From a virus (lineage: Duplodnaviria > Heunggongvirae > Uroviricota > Caudoviricetes): a DNA stretch of 32,278 nucleotides. Within the stretch, counting starts at the first letter, position 1, and each line of letters opens with the position of its first letter. Below the pieces are notes generated by a model that was not told the DNA's origin, ran no database searches, and saw only the letters and a list, made by a program, of their open reading frames with translations. The stretch lies in IMG/VR virus record IMGVR_UViG_2897375277_000010; one strand, given 5' to 3'. Position numbers and translations under genes: made by a program. Shown here piece after piece: positions 25,426 to 32,278 of this stretch.

Positions 25426-27707
25426 TTCCACTCCATTACTGTTGAAAATCCCGGCCACTCATCAGCGACCGGATACGTGAATTTTTTCCCGTCATAATTT
25501 ACGGTTGCGCCACGCGCCAGCGCCTCAAGCTCCCATCGCTGCGGCCTGATACCGTTCTGAGCAAGGTCAACGCGGATACGGGTAATTTGCATTCGTTCCG
25601 ACCGGGTCAGTCTGGCAGATGGTGCAATTTCATGCGGTTTTAACGGGCTTCCGTTTCTTTGCTGACGGTTTGATGTTCTCAGGCCGTGTTTTAATGCACC
25701 CCTGAGCGCCCTCACGACCTCCGGGTCATTCCATTCGATAACACCGTCATCAACCAGATTAAGCACTGCTGCGGCGTGCTCAGAAGGTGTGGGAGCCGGT
25801 AACGCAGTATCACCGCCGGTGAGCTTTCCACAGTTATTGACAGGACTCCGAGGCGCGGCGATGCCGCTTTTTAAAGTCAAAGGCTCAACGACAGGAACTT
25901 TCGGAACAATGCGCCAGTCCGTGGTTCTGGTGATATGAATATGACGCGCGCCGAGATGCGGCGCGTAAATGCCGACCACTCTCTCGACTTCTTCCTCGTA
26001 CTCGTTAACGTCATCCGACGGGCTACGGGCGACCCTGACAGTCTGACAATCGCGCGGGACATTTGCCCCGCCCTGCGCGCTGATATACAACGCAAAATCA
26101 CCACTGTCTGCAGCGGCGCGTGCAGCCTCGACGCGCTCGTCAAACTCATCAGCAATGCTGACGCCGCGAGGCAATTTGCGTAGTTCACGGTAAGCCCCCA
26201 TTGTCGGCAGACCAACCGTTTTAAATTGCGGGATGCGCCACGTTGACGCCCATGCGGTAACAGCCGCGGCAGTATCTTTCAGCGGTCTGCCGGTATCATT
26301 ATCGAGCTGACCATCCAGTGCATAGCCGTCGATATTTTTTGAGATGTATTTCGCGATATACCCCGCAGCACCGCCCCGGTTAAGATGTTTTGCCTGAAAA
26401 CGGTTTCGCGCGGCTCCTCTTTCGTCTCCATCCTCTTTGAGCGCGTAGCGACGCATGATTTCAATAATCTGGTTACGCTGGCGTGGATTACAAAAAAGCA
26501 TCATATGCCAGTGCGGCGTTCCGTCGTGGTGTGGCTCGACGACACGCAAACCGTAGACCTGTAAATCATTATCCTTGAATGCCGTGCGCATCAGGCTCCA
26601 GATACGGCAGAGATAACGCTGCGCATCCTTTGGATTAAATGCCTCATCGTTCCAGCCGTGATTAAGCTGCACGGTTTTACTTTCGCCTTTTCCGACCTGA
26701 CGTGTCGGGTGATACTTTGACGGCGCGGTCAGCGTGATAAACATCCCCACATCGCCCTCTGCGGCGGCGTAACGCTCAATACCGGCAATGGTGTTCATCA
26801 ACTCCATCCGACGAATTTCAGGATTAGAAATACTGCCCATCACCTTACTGATAAGGTCGATGCGCTCGCCGGTTTCCCTGTTTTCGAGGTCACACGATTT
26901 AAGAAATTCCAGATTTGCCTGGCGGCGAGCACGCACATCACGAATGGCGTGTTTACTGGCATAAGGAGAACGGTCTTTATTCACCTCCCCGACAGCAATC
27001 AGTAACGCCTCATGCCAGCGCATACGCTGGCCTTTAAGCTGATGAGTCCACCACTCATCGTTAAACAGACGGGCAATGGCAGAATATGCCTGCCTCGTGG
27101 TCATCAGTCCTTTACGGTATTTTTTCCAGTAGAGAGGGGAAATATTGAAAGCACGTGCAGCGCCAGCAACATGACCATAGAGGTGAGCCTGCGCCTCATC
27201 CGTAAACAGCGATTCTTTCTCGCCATGCGCATCCACCCAGGCATCGCAGAGTTCCCCATACATCATGAAAAGCTGTGATGAGATACGGGCGGCAAACTTT
27301 TTCAGCTCCTTGTCATTCATCCCCGGCAGGCGCGCATACTGGTCGCGCTCTGCCAGAAACAGCAACGACGCGTCGGTGTTCATTTCATGGCGCTGATTCA
27401 CGCGCTCAATGCGCGGCCATAAACGACGCTGAAAAGTGGATGTGAGGAAATAAAACCCGTGCACCGGGCTTTTATTGCGCCGGATGTAGTCATAGCGTGA
27501 AGTAAACAGCGAGCGCAAAAAGTAAGGCAGGCGGTTAATCGTGGATAAAACACCTTGCACCTGACGCATCTCGTCACGTGTAAGGGGTCTTTCGCGCCCG
27601 ACAGCCTCGCGTGGCGCGTTCCATGCATAAGCACCGGTAAACGCCTTACCGGTGCCTGCAGCAAATGCTGACGGAGGGACAAAACGCCCGGAGGCTTTAA
27701 CGGTCAT
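25422..27707 (-). CDS. A: Replication initiation protein A (rolling-circle nickase), 761 aa
   Basis: ORF track 25422..27749; start chosen at MTVKASGRFVPPSAF... (ATG 27705-27707) to give the P2 gpA length of 761 aa. Confidence 0.88.
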   Translation of the reverse strand: MTVKASGRFVPPSAFAAGTGKAFTGAYAWNAPREAVGRERPLTRDEMRQVQGVLSTINRLPYFLRSLFTSRYDYIRRNKSPVHGFYFLTSTFQRRLWPRIERVNQRHEMNTDASLLFLAERDQYARLPGMNDKELKKFAARISSQLFMMYGELCDAWVDAHGEKESLFTDEAQAHLYGHVAGAARAFNISPLYWKKYRKGLMTTRQAYSAIARLFNDEWWTHQLKGQRMRWHEALLIAVGEVNKDRSPYASKHAIRDVRARRQANLEFLKSCDLENRETGERIDLISKVMGSISNPEIRRMELMNTIAGIERYAAAEGDVGMFITLTAPSKYHPTRQVGKGESKTVQLNHGWNDEAFNPKDAQRYLCRIWSLMRTAFKDNDLQVYGLRVVEPHHDGTPHWHMMLFCNPRQRNQIIEIMRRYALKEDGDERGAARNRFQAKHLNRGGAAGYIAKYISKNIDGYALDGQLDNDTGRPLKDTAAAVTAWASTWRIPQFKTVGLPTMGAYRELRKLPRGVSIADEFDERVEAARAAADSGDFALYISAQGGANVPRDCQTVRVARSPSDDVNEYEEEVERVVGIYAPHLGARHIHITRTTDWRIVPKVPVVEPLTLKSGIAAPRSPVNNCGKLTGGDTALPAPTPSEHAAAVLNLVDDGVIEWNDPEVVRALRGALKHGLRTSNRQQRNGSPLKPHEIAPSARLTRSERMQITRIRVDLAQNGIRPQRWELEALARGATVNYDGKKFTYPVADEWPGFSTVMEWK

Positions 27708-27972
27708 ATGAGCCAAAAGCCTCTGAACAACGCCTGCTGAGTTGCTCAACCTGCGCGTTTAAATCAGCAAAAGACTTTGCGCTTCCGGTCAGAATATCGT
27801 GATGCATCAGGCCGGAAACGAGCTGGCTTAATTTCGGATAATAACCAACCACCGCCAGCCATTCCTGACCGGCGTTTTTACCGCTTTCCGCTCTCTTTTT
27901 CTCGTGGAGAATAAACTGAAAGCTGTCACTGGTAACGACATAACGTTCGCCAATTTCAATACGAATACTCAT
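27697..27972 (-). CDS. Early-operon hypothetical protein, 91 aa (P2 orf83 position)
   Basis: 91-aa ORF whose ATG overlaps the stop of the upstream zinc-finger gene (ATGA); position between that gene and A. Confidence 0.6.
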   Translation of the reverse strand: MSIRIEIGERYVVTSDSFQFILHEKKRAESGKNAGQEWLAVVGYYPKLSQLVSGLMHHDILTGSAKSFADLNAQVEQLSRRCSEAFGSYDR

Positions 27973-28193
27973 GCCGTTCTCCGGTAATGTTTGTTTTTTG
28001 CTTCAAAGACTGACTGGCAGGAAACACAACGCGTGGCTGACGGATAAGCCGCACGACGGGCAGCAGGTATTGGCGCGTCACACTCTTCGCAAACCAGCGC
28101 AGAAGCACCGCAATGTTTTACCCTTGCCGCGTTAATCTGGCGCTCCAGTAATTCAGCTTGTTGTTCCTGAATAAAATCTACGTTGTCCGGCAT
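27969..28193 (-). CDS. TraR/DksA-type C4 zinc-finger protein, 74 aa (P2 orf82 position)
   Basis: Cys-x2-Cys...Cys-x2-Cys arrangement (VCEECDAPI...RCVSCQ) in a 74-aa protein; GC-typical composition; ATG overlaps the upstream stop. Confidence 0.7.
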   Translation of the reverse strand: MPDNVDFIQEQQAELLERQINAARVKHCGASALVCEECDAPIPAARRAAYPSATRCVSCQSVFEAKNKHYRRTA

Positions 28194-28483
28194 TACCAGT
28201 TCCTTTTGTCGTTCAGTTTCTTAAATTCATCAGCGCAATAGCTGGTGACTTCTGTCGTTAATTTTGTCAGTTCATCCACGGAGGAAATTTGCTTATGAAA
28301 TACAGCGCGTTTAACAAGTAAATTGACCACATCAGACAGGAGATTTAATTTATCCGCATAAATGGCTATAGTTGATTCAACCATATCCCCAGTGTTTTTA
28401 TCGCGTTTAATATCAGCTAGCGACAAATCACCATTTTTCATAACTGAAATCTTCAGCCAGTTATTAAGCAATATATTTTTCAT
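28193..28483 (-). CDS. AT-rich hypothetical protein, 96 aa (early-operon moron)
   Basis: ATG at 28481-28483 overlapping the upstream stop (ATGA); AT-rich; no recognisable motif. Confidence 0.55.
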   Translation of the reverse strand: MKNILLNNWLKISVMKNGDLSLADIKRDKNTGDMVESTIAIYADKLNLLSDVVNLLVKRAVFHKQISSVDELTKLTTEVTSYCADEFKKLNDKRNW

Positions 28484-28725
28484 TCGCTATATGCCCTCTC
28501 CGCAGAATCAATCATTTCCCGGCCATTATCGGTAATACAGAAACCTTCTCTTGATTTGGTCACAAGCCCCCATTTCCCCATTGCTATAAATGCTTTTTCC
28601 ACACGACTAGGCCAGGAGCGGAAGACATCGCTTGATGGATGTAGTGGAGTCTTGTCATCTAATTTTTTAAGTAATGAAAGTTGATAATCTGTTAAGCGTT
28701 TCCTGAACCATTTTGTATTTGTCAT
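28480..28725 (-). CDS. Hypothetical protein, 81 aa (early-operon moron)
   Basis: ORF track starts at a TTG (28731); ATG at 28723-28725 is preceded by AGGAAAG; no recognisable motif. Confidence 0.5.
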   Translation of the reverse strand: MTNTKWFRKRLTDYQLSLLKKLDDKTPLHPSSDVFRSWPSRVEKAFIAMGKWGLVTKSREGFCITDNGREMIDSAERAYSE

Positions 28726-28739
28726 CTCCAACTTTCCTG

Positions 28740-28952
28740 TTATTTATTGAGTCCTAGATTATGGAATTTGGCAGACTCCTGACTGAGCAACTCGACTATC
28801 TCCACGCGGGATAACTCCGCCTTTGTGATGTGGCGAATCATGGCATCAAGATGAGACGAAAAGCGCGTTGCTGCGTCGGCCTGTGCTTCGGTTCTGGCCT
28901 GTTGCAGCATTAATGAGTATTTACCGCACTGATTTTCAGAAACTGTATGCAT
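28740..28952 (-). CDS. Early-operon hypothetical protein, 70 aa (P2 orf80/81 position)
   Basis: 70-aa ORF directly downstream of B in the same orientation; ATG at 28950-28952. Confidence 0.55.
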   Translation of the reverse strand: MHTVSENQCGKYSLMLQQARTEAQADAATRFSSHLDAMIRHITKAELSRVEIVELLSQESAKFHNLGLNK

Positions 28953-29015
28953 GACTTTCTCCAGGCAAAAAGAAGCCCCGCACGATTAAGTGCGTTAAAA
29001 ACTCTGGTTAATTAC

Positions 29016-29516
29016 TTAATGCAGATATTGCTCTGGTTTTACCGACGTCAGAATTGTCGGTGCATACTCAAACAGACTGAATAATTCACGTAATGCACGG
29101 AATAAAGCATCACGCCAGTAACATGATTCTTCATTAATTCGCCAGTACGGCTGGTTAAATTCTTTTTCTGTCAGTCGTGCGTGCATAAATAAAGTACGGC
29201 GCTGACTGACTGTTAAAAAACTAATATATGCATACTCACTTGCACCGACCTGACGACGTTTTGAGAATGCCCCACGCAATTCATCAATTGCACAAACCAG
29301 CCGTTCACGTTCGACGTCGTTCATTTCTTCAAAACGCATCGTTGCGTGACGCTGTTTTAACTGCGCATGGAAGCAAACTGTTAGCCGTTCGCGCTCCATC
29401 ATCTGATTATAATAATCACATGTATCCTGCCAGCGAGGAACGGCAAGATGCTTACCAATTATCCGGCGCATAGCTGCTGGCTGTTTTTCAACGAGATTGA
29501 GCGTCATCACTGTCAT
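29016..29516 (-). CDS. B: Replication protein B (helicase loader), 166 aa
   Basis: 166-aa ORF (MTVMTLNLVEKQPAAMRRIIGKH...), P2 gpB length; ATG at 29514-29516 overlapping the upstream stop. Confidence 0.85.
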   Translation of the reverse strand: MTVMTLNLVEKQPAAMRRIIGKHLAVPRWQDTCDYYNQMMERERLTVCFHAQLKQRHATMRFEEMNDVERERLVCAIDELRGAFSKRRQVGASEYAYISFLTVSQRRTLFMHARLTEKEFNQPYWRINEESCYWRDALFRALRELFSLFEYAPTILTSVKPEQYLH

Positions 29517-29683
29517 TTCCAGACCCTCCGGCTTTTCAGAAAGGTCAGAGCCTTCTTTAACGAACTCTGTTTTTTGGTGCGGATAATGATTCCCTTGCGT
29601 CCTTTCCCGTGGGTGATGGTGAAGTCAATCGCCCTAGGGCTTTCGTTACGCAATAACTGAGCAATACAACGAGGTTCCTGCAT
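29513..29683 (-). CDS. Small basic early protein, 56 aa (P2 orf78 position)
   Basis: ORF track 29513..29761 starts at a TTG; the ATG at 29681-29683 is preceded by a strong SD (AGGAGGAG, 4-nt spacing); stop overlaps the B start. Confidence 0.6.
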   Translation of the reverse strand: MQEPRCIAQLLRNESPRAIDFTITHGKGRKGIIIRTKKQSSLKKALTFLKSRRVWK

Positions 29684-29783
29684 AACTCCTCCTGAAACAG
29701 AGCCGGTTTTTAGCCATGTCCGGCACATGGTCTTGTGGTAAGATCGAATCGCCAAAAACAACCAACCACAAGCGAGGTAATAA

Positions 29784-29978
29784 ATGAATAATCAAAATAT
29801 TGACGAACTTATAACCACTCTCGAAAAAGCGGTTGCATTAGCAAATACCCTACCAACTCCAATGGGAGATTTTGAGGACGCTAAAAAAGTGGATGAATTA
29901 ACTATTCAATTAAGAGAGATCATTCACCCTAAAAAGCCAGTCCAACTCAAAGGCTTTATTGATATAAATCATTTTTAA
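29784..29978 (+). CDS. Antisense small protein, 64 aa, hydrophilic, AT-rich, with its own promoter-like and RBS signals
   Basis: ATG at 29784 preceded by GAGGT with 6-nt spacing; an extended -10-like TGgTAAGAT at 29735-29743; convergent with, and overlapping by 23 bp, the 154-aa minus-strand gene. Confidence 0.45.
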   Translation: MNNQNIDELITTLEKAVALANTLPTPMGDFEDAKKVDELTIQLREIIHPKKPVQLKGFIDINHF

Positions 29979-30420
29979 AATAGCATCTTGCATCCGTATG
30001 CTGTTTATACGGATGCGTCATCATGTCAAAAATACTTTTCCAGTCATCAAGCCCTATTGACCATTTAATACTATTTATATCGCCTGATTTAGAAATTATC
30101 GTTTCACGAAGAGCCTTAGCGAGTTCCATGCGCTCTTGAACGGTCATACCAACGCATTCATATTTAATGCGCAAAAAAGAGTCATGAAATAAAGATTTCA
30201 AATTCAGCCGTAGAATTTCTTCATCACCATCTGAACTAATAAAAACAAGTTCATCATTATCCAAAATGATATTTTGTTTTCTCAATTCATCGGCTGATTT
30301 ATATTCTTTCGTACTATTAGCAAACTCACTATACGTAATAGTCAGGCTGTTAGATGGTGATGCATCTTCAAGGTTTCCTCTGATGATAGTCACCGATGTT
30401 TTATTTAAATCTTGCCTCAT
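29956..30420 (-). CDS. AT-rich hypothetical protein, 154 aa, translationally coupled downstream of cox (moron)
   Basis: ATG at 30418-30420 preceded by AAGGAGGAG, which directly follows the cox TAA stop; AT-rich; acidic Asp/Glu-rich protein with no recognisable motif. Confidence 0.7.
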   Translation of the reverse strand: MRQDLNKTSVTIIRGNLEDASPSNSLTITYSEFANSTKEYKSADELRKQNIILDNDELVFISSDGDEEILRLNLKSLFHDSFLRIKYECVGMTVQERMELAKALRETIISKSGDINSIKWSIGLDDWKSIFDMMTHPYKQHTDARCYFKNDLYQ

Positions 30421-30429
30421 GGCTCCTCC

Positions 30430-30786
30430 TTAGGCCGCGTGGCCATGTCTGGATTTGCTGTAACTTATGCGGTTCTTCCAGTCATGCCATTCTGTCGGAG
30501 CTTCATCGACTAGTTGAGCTGCATATTTGTCCCACTCACGACGATTAATCCATAACTCAGCGTGACCGCCCGGCTTTAACGGGTCTGTCATATAGAATGC
30601 TGGCAGCTTTCCAGCTCGTGCCATTTCAGCCACCGCACGAGGAGTCTTACCGATGTAAAGAGCAAAACCCTCTTTCGACAGTAAATCTGACGGATCCGCA
30701 GCCAACTTAATGGAATCACGCTTGTTTTTTTTAAGAGCAGAAACTTCTTGTCTTTTCTCGTCACAAATTTCAGATCCGACATTCAT
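30430..30786 (-). CDS. cox: Cox-like excisionase/early repressor (HTH), 118 aa
   Basis: First gene of the minus-strand early operon, divergent from C; region YIGKTPRAVAEMARAGKLPAFYMTDP resembles the P2 Cox HTH region; GAGGAT RBS 7 nt upstream of the ATG at 30784-30786. Confidence 0.7.
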   Translation of the reverse strand: MNVGSEICDEKRQEVSALKKNKRDSIKLAADPSDLLSKEGFALYIGKTPRAVAEMARAGKLPAFYMTDPLKPGGHAELWINRREWDKYAAQLVDEAPTEWHDWKNRISYSKSRHGHAA

Positions 30787-30889
30787 TTTGCTATCCTCAC
30801 ATTGATGTCAGCGATCTAGAGCGATTTAGAGTCGTTAGATGCTGATAAATCATATCAACTATGCAAAAGAATACGAGGTTAGAGAATTT
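30787..30889. promoter_or_regulatory. Lysis-lysogeny switch region (divergent Pe/Pc promoters and putative C operator repeats)
   Basis: 103-bp gap between divergent cox and C; tandem 10-bp direct repeats GCGATCTAGA / GCGATTTAGA at 30811-30830, reminiscent of the direct-repeat operators bound by P2 C. Confidence 0.5.
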
Positions 30890-31189
30890 ATGTCAACTGA
30901 CACTAGCGAACGTTTGAAGCTTATCCGTGAGTCTGAACGTCTGAAAATGAAGGAGGTAGCTGAACTAGCTGGCATCAACTACACCACATATGCAGGTTAT
31001 GAATCAGGTAAGGCTATGATGTCCCTAGAAAATGCTAAGAAGTTTTTTAAAGTAGAAAGGTTCAGAAAATACCGTGACTGGTTCATGTTTGATGAGACAG
31101 ATCCCGCTGCCGGACAAATAGCCCCGGCGCTCGCACACATTGGGCAAGACTCAACAACCTTGCACCACTCAGACCAAAAGACTGGCTGA
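30890..31189 (+). CDS. C: Immunity repressor C (HTH), 99 aa
   Basis: ORF track 30839..31189; ATG at 30890-30892 with GAGG upstream gives 99 aa; C-terminus ...GQIAPALAHIGQDSTTLHHSDQKTG recognised as P2 C-like; upstream of int. Confidence 0.8.
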   Translation: MSTDTSERLKLIRESERLKMKEVAELAGINYTTYAGYESGKAMMSLENAKKFFKVERFRKYRDWFMFDETDPAAGQIAPALAHIGQDSTTLHHSDQKTG

Positions 31190-31282
31190 CGATTTATTCA
31201 GCATATGTGTGCAGTAAATGTACGAAAGAAAATTGCATTAATTTTCAAGTAGTAGAAGTAAACAGCGTCATCGGAGGGCTTT

Positions 31283-32278
31283 ATGTCTATTAAAAAGCTC
31301 GATGATGGTCGTTATGAAGTGGACGTCAGGCCGCAGGGTGCAGATGGAAAACGTATCAGGCGGAAATTTAAAACTAAAGGTGAAGCCCAGGCATTCGAGC
31401 GTCATGTCCTGGTTAACTACCACAACAAAGAGTGGTTGGAGAAGCCGGCCGACCGCCGAACTCTTACAGAGTTGTTAGGCAGATGGTGGATATATCACGG
31501 AAAATCACATGAGCGTGGAGATATTGAACGGGGGCGTTTGACGACAATAATTGCCAAATTTGCTGAGATGGGAGTGTCCAGGGCGGACCAGCTAACAAAG
31601 AAAACGATAACTGATTATCGCGTTGTAATGATGAACGACGGTCTAAAACCAGCCAGCGTAAATCGGCATCTGGCAATAATGAGCGGGATGTTCACCAAGT
31701 TAATTGACGCCGGTGAATATCACTCTCACAACCCGTTCCGTGAGGTGAAGCGGTTACGTGAAGCTGTTACGGAAATGGCTTTTTTGTCCAGTGAAGAGAT
31801 TACGCGGCTGCTATCCATGCTTGATGGTGATGAATTAAATGCGACTCTGGTCTGCCTTTCTACTGGTGGACGCTGGAGTGAAGTGTCTAATTTAAAAGCT
31901 GAACACATCATTAACCAAATGGTTACGTTTATGAAAACCAAAAACGGAAAGCGCAGGACAATTCCCGTTTCGCAGGACTTGATTAAACGGATCAAAACCA
32001 AAAATTCTGGCAGGCTTTTTAATGCCAGTTACTACAAAGTGCGCAACGCTCTCAGGGAAGTAAAACCCGATTTACCTGACGGACAGGCAGTGCATGTTTT
32101 GAGGCATACATTTGCCACACATTTTATAATGAATGGAGGTAACATAATCACATTGCAGCGCATCCTGGGTCATTCTAACATTCAGCAAACTATGACCTAC
32201 GCACACTTTGCACCGGATTTCTTACAAGATGCTGTGACTCTTAACCCGGTGTCAGGAATGTCCATAATGCGTCCATAA
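31283..32278 (+). CDS. int: Tyrosine site-specific integrase, 331 aa
   Basis: N-terminus MSIKKLDDGRYEVDVRPQGADGKRIRRKF... P2 Int-like; C-terminal catalytic region HVLRHTFATHF...LGHSNIQQTMTYAHF carrying the His/Arg/Tyr residues of tyrosine recombinases; reads outward at the prophage end. Confidence 0.9.
   Translation: MSIKKLDDGRYEVDVRPQGADGKRIRRKFKTKGEAQAFERHVLVNYHNKEWLEKPADRRTLTELLGRWWIYHGKSHERGDIERGRLTTIIAKFAEMGVSRADQLTKKTITDYRVVMMNDGLKPASVNRHLAIMSGMFTKLIDAGEYHSHNPFREVKRLREAVTEMAFLSSEEITRLLSMLDGDELNATLVCLSTGGRWSEVSNLKAEHIINQMVTFMKTKNGKRRTIPVSQDLIKRIKTKNSGRLFNASYYKVRNALREVKPDLPDGQAVHVLRHTFATHFIMNGGNIITLQRILGHSNIQQTMTYAHFAPDFLQDAVTLNPVSGMSIMRP

Noticed and set aside
24936-27682. ORFs 24936..25145, 25297..25497, 25877..26215, 25935..26183, 26279..26464, 27012..27278 and 27398..27682
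   Set aside because: Embedded in or antisense to the ASCH-like gene and replication gene A.
29228-31676. ORFs 29228..29473, 29448..29660, 30588..30782, 31464..31676 and 31726..32001
   Set aside because: Overlap B, the 56-aa gene, cox or int on the opposite strand or out of frame.
1-32278. CRISPR arrays, tRNA or rRNA genes, retron-like or other structured ncRNA
   Set aside because: No array of regularly spaced direct repeats, no tRNA-like cloverleaf candidates and no rRNA-like segments were visible; intergenic regions are short and explained by terminators and promoters.

Overview
The window is essentially a complete P2-like (Peduovirus) prophage of an enterobacterial host, running from the stop codon of ogr (position 1) to the stop codon of int (position 32278), so both att junctions lie just outside it. 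Gene calls rest on reading the supplied ORF translations against remembered P2 proteins and gene order; no search was run, and cargo-gene functions are not assigned. The conserved backbone is present in P2 synteny: ogr-D-U-T-E/E'-FII-FI-G-H-I-J-W-V on the minus strand, then S-R-lysC-lysB-lysA-K-Y-X-L-M-N-O (minus), P-Q (plus), a cos site, the early operon cox...B...A (minus) and C-int (plus). Against this backbone several AT-rich cargo insertions stand out by eye. The strongest is a tightly coupled two-gene operon (a 336-aa soluble protein followed by a 179-aa four-helix membrane protein) between cos and gene A, the position occupied by tin/old in P2 and a known anti-phage defence hotspot. A second is a 357-aa two-helix membrane protein divergent from V at the orf30 position, with an IS200-family element inserted beside it. 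There are also several small morons inside the early operon, including an antisense 64-aa ORF with its own promoter-like signals. The Z/fun locus between G and FI is absent. No tRNA, rRNA or CRISPR array was seen.
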